Below are positions 56,076-64,000 of a DNA stretch of 64,000 nt, one piece after another (within the stretch, counting starts at the first letter, position 1; every line of letters starts with the position of its first letter). Origin of the DNA: Tieghemostelium lacteum (taxonomy: Eukaryota); the NCBI GenBank assembly GCA_001606155.1, contig LODT01000028.1, positions 470,735 to 534,734 on the forward strand, read 5' to 3'. Under the pieces are notes generated by a model. It was given only the letters and a program-made list of their open reading frames with translations, searched no databases and was not told where the DNA came from. A program made the translations under genes and the position numbers.

Positions 56076-57941
56076 TTAGTTTGATCCTTCTTCAACTAGA
56101 TCATAAAAGAATATGGATTTGTTTGATCTAATGGAATTTAAGAGTTGGTTATTGGATGATTGTGAGAATTGGTTAGAAGAGATTTGAATGTGAATGAGTG
56201 ATTTGTTGGATTGTAAGGATTGTACTAGAGCTGGTACATTATCATCTCCTAATTTGTTTTGTGAAATGTTGAGTTTCAAGAGAGTGGTTGAATTGGTGAG
56301 TGTTTTAGAGAGTTGAGTGGCACTATCTGCACTAATGGCATTATTTGAGATATCCAAAGTTTGAATGGTTTGTGAGAGATTAGCTAGAACTGCTGTAGCA
56401 CCACTGGATTGTAACTGATTGTTTGCCATTGAGATTTCTGATAATTTGAAACTGGAGAGATACTTGGCTAGAGTTTTACCACCTTCTTCACCTAAGAGAT
56501 TAGATGAAAGATCCAAAACTCCCAATGTACTATTTTTAGTGGATAACACTTGGAAAAGTGATTCCAAGCCACTGATATCCAAACTATTTTGAACTAATGA
56601 GAATTGGTGTAATGTGGTATTTACTGAAAGTGTTTTGGAGAATTCTTGAATGGTATCAGAACTTATCAGGTTTTGGTTGAGAATAAGTGTACGAATAGAC
56701 TTGTTAGATTGCAAACTCTGTGCAATTGCAACTCCACCATCATTGGAAATCTTACAATTAGTTAGATCCAAATAGGTTATATATTGATTGACTTTAATTG
56801 ACTCTGCTAGTGCCTTATGTCCAGGTGCTGATGTAGCAACTCTACTAAGATCAAGATATCTAATGGCTTTATTAACTTTAAGACAATCAGAGAGAATGGT
56901 TAATCCCTCATCAGTTAGATTATTGAATGATAAGTCTACCCAGTTTACCGAGGTATTTTGTTTGAGTGCTTCTGATATAGCCTTGATAGCCTTCACACCT
57001 AATTTATTCCAATTGAGTCTAACTTGTGTGATTAGTTTATTGAATTTGATGACATCAGCCATTGCAACACCACCATCTTCACCTAATTCATTTTTACCAA
57101 AGTCCAAGTGAGTGTGGGTCTTGGAGGTCTTTAGCATTCTAGCTAGAGCTATACCACCTTTGGACCCAATTTCATTGTCATTGAGACCAAGTTCGATAAA
57201 TCCAGAGTTTTGACGGAGAATATCTGCAAGTAATAAAGTAGATTCATCACGAAGTTGGTTGGAATGTAGAATGAGGTATTTTACAGATTTGTTGATTTTC
57301 AAGGCCTCTATAATTGGACCTACACCTCTGAATCCTAATTGATTGGATGAGAGATCCAAGTGAATAAGAGTTTGATTTTTCTTTAGTGCATCTGCAATGG
57401 CATTTCCACCATTGGCACCCAAGAGATTCAGACCTAGATCAATATGTGTAAGAGTTGTATTCTTTTCCAAAGCTCTAGCAATGGAAACACCACCTTTTTG
57501 CATGAGTCTATTGTTGTAGAGGTTCAATGATTTTATGGTTTTATTGGTTTTTAGTGAATCACAAAGTCTGTCAATTACAGAGTTTGTAGATGGATTATTT
57601 CTTAGATCTACAGTGGTAACTGATTTCAATTGGTCTAGATATTCGGTTACCTTTCCAATTCTCATAATGAGTCTATTGAATTTATAGGCTCTTGATGCAC
57701 CACCATGTGATGCAATCTGTGATAGTGATCCTTTCTCATTGTATTCAATGAGTGGTTCTGATGGTTGACTGGTTGCAATCAATAGATCAGTCCATGCCTC
57801 TGGAAGAATCTGTGTTGACCATAATTTACAAACCAATGAATAGTTTACTAACCAATAAGATGATGAACTAACACTATTAACATAATTTAATAATAATATT
57901 AAAATACTTTCTGGTAATTCATTAATATTACTAATTGCCAT
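56076..57941 (-). CDS. F-box-like / leucine-rich-repeat protein of the ribonuclease-inhibitor (RNI) type.
   Basis: The N-terminus NELPESILILLLNYVN...LVCKLWSTQIL is F-box-like. It is followed by about 16 RNI-type 28-29-aa LRRs (LDLSSNQLGFRGVGPIIEALKINKSVKYLILHSNQL...). Confidence 0.7.
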   Translation of the reverse strand: MAISNINELPESILILLLNYVNSVSSSSYWLVNYSLVCKLWSTQILPEAWTDLLIATSQPSEPLIEYNEKGSLSQIASHGGASRAYKFNRLIMRIGKVTEYLDQLKSVTTVDLRNNPSTNSVIDRLCDSLKTNKTIKSLNLYNNRLMQKGGVSIARALEKNTTLTHIDLGLNLLGANGGNAIADALKKNQTLIHLDLSSNQLGFRGVGPIIEALKINKSVKYLILHSNQLRDESTLLLADILRQNSGFIELGLNDNEIGSKGGIALARMLKTSKTHTHLDFGKNELGEDGGVAMADVIKFNKLITQVRLNWNKLGVKAIKAISEALKQNTSVNWVDLSFNNLTDEGLTILSDCLKVNKAIRYLDLSRVATSAPGHKALAESIKVNQYITYLDLTNCKISNDGGVAIAQSLQSNKSIRTLILNQNLISSDTIQEFSKTLSVNTTLHQFSLVQNSLDISGLESLFQVLSTKNSTLGVLDLSSNLLGEEGGKTLAKYLSSFKLSEISMANNQLQSSGATAVLANLSQTIQTLDISNNAISADSATQLSKTLTNSTTLLKLNISQNKLGDDNVPALVQSLQSNKSLIHIQISSNQFSQSSNNQLLNSIRSNKSIFFYDLVEEGSN

Positions 57942-58033
57942 TCTTTTGGAAAATCAAGATGATTGATGATATTTGTTTATCTTGATGAAAACTTTAAACT
58001 AAAAAAAAAAAATAAATTTAAAAAAACGACCGA

Positions 58034-61000
58034 ATGTTTCTAACAATTAATAGATGTAATTTATTAAAATGTAAATTACAAGAAACATTAATAAAACTTC
58101 CAATATATAATTATTATTCGACTACTACTAGTAGAAGACCTTTTAGTAATAGGTTAGAACAAAGAAGTATTAGTAGATCAAAAAGAGGTGTTAGTTTTAA
58201 AACTAATAAAACAATTGATAATGAAAATAAGAAAAATGAACAAATGAAGAAATTAAGGGCAATGTCAATTGATAATGATCTAGATGATATTGGTCTAACT
58301 GATTTAATTGATGAAAAGGAATTAGATGATAAAATTAATTTTGATATAACTCAAGATATTGGATATAAAGAAGATGAAGATGGTGTTGATGACTATGATT
58401 ATAATAGTTATCATGATGGATATTTGAGACCTGATGGAACTGAAGATAGAGATAAAATTGATCAAGAAATGAAATTAGAATTTTGGGCTCAACAAATGGC
58501 ATTAAGAGATTCAATTAAAGCTGATGGTGGAAATTTTCTACTGAATGAAGATGCTTATAATCAACCAGTGGAAATGTATAAAAAACTAGGAAAGAAATTA
58601 ATGAAACAGAGACAACAAGAAAAGTTATTGGAGAGAGAGGAAAAAGAAAAAAAGAAACAAGAGTTGATGAATAAGATATTACAGGAACAGAATGATCAAG
58701 ATTTGATAAATTTATCTATGGAAGAACGTTTGGAAATTGAAAATCAAAAGGATCAAACCTCGAATGAAATTTTAGAAAAACAAAAAAAGGGGGAAGAATT
58801 GGATGAGGATGAAGATGATGGGTTACCTGATTTAACTAGACTGAGACCATCTTCAAGTGTACCACCACCAATTGAAGTTATAAATGAGGTTTTGGAAAAG
58901 AAGAAATTGGAATTACTAAGAAAATCAGAGGAGGCTGATAATGAATTTGAAAGAAATCGTAAACAAAAGAGAATAGAATTTCTAGCTAGAAAAAAAGAGT
59001 TACAGAGAAAGCAATGGGAGGAGAATAACATTAAAAGAGGTTTAATAGTAGATACACAATCAGATTTACCAAGTGAAATTAGTGCTGAACTTTTTAATAA
59101 ATTTCAAAATGGTGAAATTTCTCAAGAGGAAATGTTTGATTTGGCAAGAGCTGAATTGGAAAATGATCACGATGAAGAGGAATATGAAGACGATGATAAT
59201 GATAATGTTAAAGAAAAGAAACATTATGATTTTCTACAACATTGGAAAATTGGGTCTATTGAAATTCCACAAAAATTAAAAAAGAAAATCTCACAAGCTA
59301 TTAAAGGATACTCAACTGAACAATTGAGAGTTGATGCATCTAATCTATCTAATTCTCTAAGAGAAAGAACAAGATCTACCAAATTAAGTTCAAAGTCACC
59401 TGTGGTAATTCAACCTGAAGATAAACCAGTTATAGAATATGGCAAAGGTCAGGTATTAGCCTATATAAGTCACAGAATGCCTGGTGTCTATGCATGTACA
59501 CATAGAGTATTTTCAGAGATTGCTCAAAGAATTCCAAATTTTAAACCCAAAACCATGTTAGATTTTGGGTCTGGTCCTGGAACTGTTTTGTGGTCTGCAA
59601 AAGAGATTTGGGGTGAAAGTCTAGAGAGAATACGTGCGATAGAACCTTCAAGTTTTATGATTGAAGTTGCCAAAAAAATGATGGAAGGTGACACCAATAG
59701 CATCAAATGGAACCAATTTCTCAGTATGAATAGTTATTCTAGAAAAGATGGTTCCATAAGTGAAGCTGAACAAAATGAATTGGTAGTTGCATCTTATGTA
59801 ATGTCTGAGTTACCCGATAAGGAAACTCGTGAAAATGTAGTTAAAGATCTTTGGAAATTAGTTAAACCTTCTGGTCTACTAGTTCTCGTTGAACCTGGTA
59901 CTCCTATTGGTTTTGGACTGGTTAAAGAACTCAGACAAATGCTTTTAGATATGGAACCTGAAAAACCATCTTTATATAAATCCTATAAAGCTCAGGTTGT
60001 AGCTCCATGTCCTCACAGTGGAAAGTGTCCTATGGGGTTCAACAGTTGGTGTCATTTCTCACAGAGAGTTGTAAGACCTGTTTTTCAAAAACTTGCTAAA
60101 GGACCTCAAAGTACCATGCCATTTGAAGATGAAAAATACTCTTATATTGTAATGCAAAAATTGGTTCAATCTACCATTTCAAATCAATTGGATAAACAAA
60201 ATTCTGTTTTTCCACCTGAGGAATTAATGGAAACTAAGCAGTGGTCAAGACTTGTTGAAGCACCTTTAAAGAGAGGTGGTCATGTTATAATGGATGTGTG
60301 TACACCTTCAAGAGATTTAAAGAGGGTTACAGTCGCAAGATCGCATGGAAAGGCCTTATATAAGGAGAGTAGAAAATCATTTTGGTCAGATGGTTTCATT
60401 TTAGATGAGTCTATTGTTGATTATGTACCATCTAGAAATCAAATGAGAAATATGACAGAAGGTGAAGTTTTGGAATTACAATTACTGGAACTACAACAAA
60501 AGGCTTCAGATTTGAAGAAATCAATCAAGATGAAAGATGGTAAAGGTGTGATTGAAAGTGAACTTAAGGAATTGGCTAGAGAGCAAGGTCAACCAGTAGA
60601 ATTATCCGATAAGGAACTTAGAAAACAAAAGAAACAAGAGAGAAAGGATAATGAATGGATGGATGATTTAGGTGACTCTGATAGAAAGATTATAGAGAAA
60701 TTGATTAAAGAAGGTAAATTTAGTGCCAAAGAGAATACTAATTTGTTTGGTATTGAAAACCGTAAATCATCATCAGACTATGGTAAAGATGAAATGGAAA
60801 TGAATTTTGAAGATGATATCGAAATGGAAGATCGTCTACTAGATCACCAATATCAATTGGAGGATAAAAAGAAAGCACTGAAACAACAATTGAAACCTGA
60901 AACTTCTGCAACTAGAAAATTGAGAAAAGAAAAACTTGCAAGAGATCTTAATGGGGGTATAGTAGTACCAGAAGCTAAACTCAAAAAGAAATATGATCCA

Positions 61001-61177
61001 AAATCACCAGAATTCTATGAGGATATAGATCAAAATCCTAAAGATCCAAATGAAATTTTACAAAACAAATTAAAAGAAAGAATTGAAATGCAAAGTCGTA
61101 TGACTCAAAAAGCAAAGGAAGTTACAGGTTTGGGTATAAATTCAAAAACCTCAAGGGAGAAAAAAAATAATAAATAA
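58034..61177 (+). CDS. Rsm22/METTL17-like mitochondrial SAM-dependent methyltransferase with long charged (Lys/Glu/Asp) N- and C-terminal extensions.
   Basis: Rossmann-fold motif I is MLDFGSGPGTVLWSAKEIWG. The acidic post-motif II reads VVASYVMSELPD, and there is a Cys cluster (CPHSGKCPMGFNSWCHF) as in Rsm22. The N-terminus MFLTINRCNLLKCKL...YYSTTTSRRPFS is presequence-like. Confidence 0.6.
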   Translation: MFLTINRCNLLKCKLQETLIKLPIYNYYSTTTSRRPFSNRLEQRSISRSKRGVSFKTNKTIDNENKKNEQMKKLRAMSIDNDLDDIGLTDLIDEKELDDKINFDITQDIGYKEDEDGVDDYDYNSYHDGYLRPDGTEDRDKIDQEMKLEFWAQQMALRDSIKADGGNFLLNEDAYNQPVEMYKKLGKKLMKQRQQEKLLEREEKEKKKQELMNKILQEQNDQDLINLSMEERLEIENQKDQTSNEILEKQKKGEELDEDEDDGLPDLTRLRPSSSVPPPIEVINEVLEKKKLELLRKSEEADNEFERNRKQKRIEFLARKKELQRKQWEENNIKRGLIVDTQSDLPSEISAELFNKFQNGEISQEEMFDLARAELENDHDEEEYEDDDNDNVKEKKHYDFLQHWKIGSIEIPQKLKKKISQAIKGYSTEQLRVDASNLSNSLRERTRSTKLSSKSPVVIQPEDKPVIEYGKGQVLAYISHRMPGVYACTHRVFSEIAQRIPNFKPKTMLDFGSGPGTVLWSAKEIWGESLERIRAIEPSSFMIEVAKKMMEGDTNSIKWNQFLSMNSYSRKDGSISEAEQNELVVASYVMSELPDKETRENVVKDLWKLVKPSGLLVLVEPGTPIGFGLVKELRQMLLDMEPEKPSLYKSYKAQVVAPCPHSGKCPMGFNSWCHFSQRVVRPVFQKLAKGPQSTMPFEDEKYSYIVMQKLVQSTISNQLDKQNSVFPPEELMETKQWSRLVEAPLKRGGHVIMDVCTPSRDLKRVTVARSHGKALYKESRKSFWSDGFILDESIVDYVPSRNQMRNMTEGEVLELQLLELQQKASDLKKSIKMKDGKGVIESELKELAREQGQPVELSDKELRKQKKQERKDNEWMDDLGDSDRKIIEKLIKEGKFSAKENTNLFGIENRKSSSDYGKDEMEMNFEDDIEMEDRLLDHQYQLEDKKKALKQQLKPETSATRKLRKEKLARDLNGGIVVPEAKLKKKYDPKSPEFYEDIDQNPKDPNEILQNKLKERIEMQSRMTQKAKEVTGLGINSKTSREKKNNK

Positions 61178-61800
61178 TAAATTTATTTCTTTAAATCCTC
61201 AATAATTGAATTAATGCTGTTGTTATTATATAAGTTGTTAGTAATGAACGAGATATTTAAGTACTTTCGAATGAGAATGGAGAGTTGGTAAAGAAATAAC
61301 AAAAACAAAGAAAATATTTACTAAAAGTTCTTGTCAAGATAAGTTATCAATAGTTTAGGATATGGATGTCAAGGTTGATAGTTCTGAGATAAATGAAACG
61401 GTATGTAGTTGTGAAAATTTGAAAATTGAATTTATTAAAAATAAAAATAAAATTAATGAATCATTTGCACTGTTCAATTATCAGACCTATATCATCAAAT
61501 ATCAATTTTTTTTATATTATTTATAAACTATATAATTTAAATTTCTTTATTAATTTTTTTTCTTTAATATATTTAAAGTTACACCAGAGTATTTATCAAG
61601 AGCTTTGCATACTGAATTAAATGGTTTTTAAATATTTAAAAAAAAAAAAAGATTCACTCCAGTGGGTTACAAAAAGATTTTTTTGATATTTTTGATTTTT
61701 ACGACAGAATAAACCAAATTTTTGTATTTCGTATTTTTACCATATAAATACATAACTGGGCATTCCAGGAGCAAAACACCAAAAATTCAGAGGGTCGATC

Positions 61801-61820
61801 AAAAAAAAAAAAAAAAAAGA
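61801..61820 (-). terminator. RNA polymerase III terminator (oligo-T run) immediately 3' of the tRNA gene.
   Basis: There are 18 consecutive A on the plus strand, which is T18 on the tRNA strand, starting 2 nt after the tRNA 3' end. Confidence 0.55.
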
Positions 61821-61893
61821 TCGCTTTAAGTGGGATCGAACCACTGACCTAGCGGTTAACAGCCGCTCGCTCTGCCGACTGAGCCATAAAAGC
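61821..61893 (-). tRNA. tRNA-Asn (anticodon GTT).
   Basis: The minus strand reads GCTTTTATGGCTCAGTCGGCAGAGCGAGCGGCTGTTAACCGCTAGGTCAGTGGTTCGATCCCACTTAAAGCGA. It has a perfect D arm (GCTC/GAGC), anticodon arm (AGCGG/CCGCT with loop CTGTTAA) and T arm (AGTGG/CCACT with TTCGATC). The acceptor stem as I read it pairs imperfectly. A T-run follows immediately 3'. Confidence 0.7.
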
Positions 61894-62202
61894 TAGACGT
61901 GTGAAATAATTAATTTTATACAATATTTGATTTTCCCAAAAAAATGTAAGAATGTTCCTTACCAAGTTACAAGAGTACAATATAGATTAGTATAAAGTAT
62001 ACATAAAAGGTAGTCAGGAATGGATGACTATCATCTTAAGACCTTTTAGCGTAACTGTTAATACTTAGTACTTTACAAAAAATGTAAAGTTCCAAGCAAA
62101 AGTGATCACCTAATTCTAGAATACACCTTTGCATTCTTTTCACCCCCAATAATACCTACTAGAAGATGGTCTCTAAATACAGAGATTTGTAAAGAACACT
62201 CA

Positions 62203-63673
62203 GTGTTCTCAACAATGCAGAACTACCTCAAATCCAAAATAGAAGCATTAGGGAGTGGGGAAGTGTCTGCAAAATGGAGTAAAATGAAAGTAGAGATGAA
62301 AAAATTCTACAAAGATTTTGAAAGGAAGAGAATAACCGAAATTGAGAAAGAAAAAAAGAGGTTACTAGCATCCTTGCAAAGTAATCCTACACAAAAGAAA
62401 GCAATAGCAGACAGAATTAATGAAATAGCAGATATCCAACTTAAGGATAACTACGTGAAATCAAGTGTGAACAAGCTGTTATATGGGGAAGTCCCATCTA
62501 AATTGTTGACGGCCACACTTAAGTCAAAGGAAAGAGACTCGCAGGTGGAAGCACTTATAAACAGTAGAACGAATACAATATTCCTGACGTTAGAAAACCT
62601 TTCGTGTTGGAAACTGATGCCTCTGGTGTAGGTGCTGGTGCAACTCTTTTACAAGATAGTAAAGTTATATCTTGGTTCTCTAAAAAATTTAATGATAATG
62701 AAAAGAGAATTCTAACTGCTTGTGAGAAAGAATGTTATGCTATTGTTTTAGCCTTAAAACACTTTCATTATATTGTTGCTTCTTCACCCATTACCGTCAT
62801 CACTGATAATAATGCTCTATTGGCTCTCAAAGATGGTAAAATCAACAATTCTCGACTCTTGAAGTGGAAATTGACGTTGGCTGATTACCAAATCACTCTT
62901 GTACATAAACCTGGAAAATTAAACGTAGTTCCTGACGCACTTTCCCGTGGTAATTATGGTACAATGAGTCTCAACAACTTGTCTGTTTCTAATGTAGTGT
63001 TTAAGAACTCTTCTGTTCTCTACAAGAATGATCAATTGGCTGAAAAAGTTGCTGATACCTCGTTAAAAGTGTCACAAGAATTCAAGGAGAAATTAGAAAA
63101 GTTTCAATCTCAAGATCCTGAATTGAATTCGATGGCTGAGTATTTGAAAACTTCTAAATTACCATCACCGTCAATTAATCAAAAGAATGTTATTCTCATG
63201 TCTTATTTCTATGTTGTTGTAGATAATATCCTTTACAGAGTCCAACCACAAAGAAATTCTAATATTAATGCTCCTTCCTCGTATATTCTCTTGATTGCTG
63301 TTCCTAGAGCTATGGTCGATAGTGTGTAATCATCATCACAATGATCCTACCAATAGCCACTTTGGTTTTCTAAAAACTCTCTCCAATATTAATGGTATTT
63401 ACCACTGGACTAATATGGTAAATGAAATCAGAGAGTTCCCCACTTTTATAAAGGAAAAATACATTGACAATGGTAATTATAACCTGTCAAAGATTCTATA
63501 TCAAAGCAGAATACTATTCATACACCGAAACAGATATTCAGGTTATAATCAATATAGTCTCTGGTCTTCCATTGCATGGTACCATTGAAAAATACTGTGT
63601 ATGTATATTTCGCAACCTTACTATTAATATACGTAAACAATATTTTAGTAAACTAATCACAGTTGATCACTAA
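62203..63673 (+). mobile_element. Degenerate fragment of a Ty3/gypsy-type LTR retrotransposon (RNase H and the N-terminal integrase zinc-finger region) with internal frameshifts. It is truncated, has no LTRs visible in the window, and lies about 300 bp from the tRNA gene.
   Basis: RKPFVLETDASGVGAGATLLQD...EKECYAIVLALKHFHYIV...ITVITDNNALLALKDGK...NSRLLKWKLTLADYQITLVHKPGKLNVVPDALSR is the canonical Ty3/gypsy RNase H tether. Downstream, the HHCC-like segment is ...NHHHNDPTNSHFGFLKTLSNINGIYHWTNMVNEIREF. Reading frames are broken at about 62600 and about 63300, and the coding signal stops at about 63700. Confidence 0.6.
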
Positions 63674-64000
63674 CTCTAATGATAAAGTAAAAAGAAGAAA
63701 ATATTTTAAATTCTTGTTTATATTATCTTTACACTATTTAAATAAACATTCAAGTATAATTATACAACTACAAACATATGTGATTTCCACGGTTAAATAA
63801 TTAGAAATATTTTGAGACTTTAGAAAAATTTAACATTCAATAAAATAATTTTTCAAAACATAACCACAACCACTAAATTCTGAAATTCAACCAGTTCAAT
63901 CTCATATTTCACTTGGACCATCATCCCCTCTACTTGCAGTTTCAAATAAAAGAAAATGAATTAGATCCATCATCACTTTTAGACGTTGAGCATATTAGAA

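Noticed and set aside
1-64000. CRISPR arrays, operons, rRNA, prokaryotic promoters
   Set aside because: The sequence is clearly eukaryotic, with spliceosomal introns, Pol III tRNA architecture and poly-N/Q proteins. No direct-repeat/spacer arrays are seen.

Overview
The window reads as a gene-dense, very AT-rich nuclear segment of a dictyostelid social amoeba. This is an inference from the poly-Asn/Gln tracts, the short AT-rich introns of 63-83 nt that begin GTAAGT/GTATGT/GTATTT and end in AG, and the compact intergenic regions.

The supplied ORF track appears to call starts with a bacterial table, so many 'M' residues are really TTG or GTG. I re-derived eukaryotic gene models by hand for several genes and list the exon coordinates in the evidence fields.

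Housekeeping genes I recognise:
- a villin-headpiece/gelsolin-repeat protein
- a bZIP factor
- an ML-domain lipid-binding protein
- ribosomal protein L36e
- a thioredoxin-fold membrane protein
- an ARF-family GTPase
- gamma-tubulin
- an ORC4-like AAA+ protein
- an E2/E3BP-like 2-oxoacid dehydrogenase component
- the biotin-containing alpha subunit of methylcrotonoyl-CoA carboxylase
- a WD-repeat protein
- a DENN-domain protein
- a CCDC12/Cwf18-like protein
- an F-box/RNI-type LRR protein
- an Rsm22/METTL17-like methyltransferase

The most unusual region is a roughly 17 kb block at 25.4-42.8 kb holding four very large secreted or cell-surface genes:
- an IPT/TIG-EGF-TM (Tgr-like) protein
- a divergently transcribed pair of paralogs that fuse a Pmp-type parallel beta-helix region to a MACPF pore-forming domain
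- a G8/CEMIP-TMEM2-like protein

Other oddities:
- a caspase-fold protein whose catalytic His is replaced by Arg and which ends in a membrane anchor
- a lipoyl-less, His-less E2 homolog
- a HECT ubiquitin ligase with an N-terminal kelch-like region, an EGF-like module and a multi-TM segment
- a tRNA-Asn(GUU) gene with a poly-T terminator lying next to a frameshifted Ty3/gypsy-type RNase H-integrase remnant, as expected for tRNA-targeted retroelements in dictyostelids

There is no CRISPR, rRNA or prokaryotic operon structure. All coordinates and domain calls come from reading the sequence and six-frame translation by eye, with no database search.
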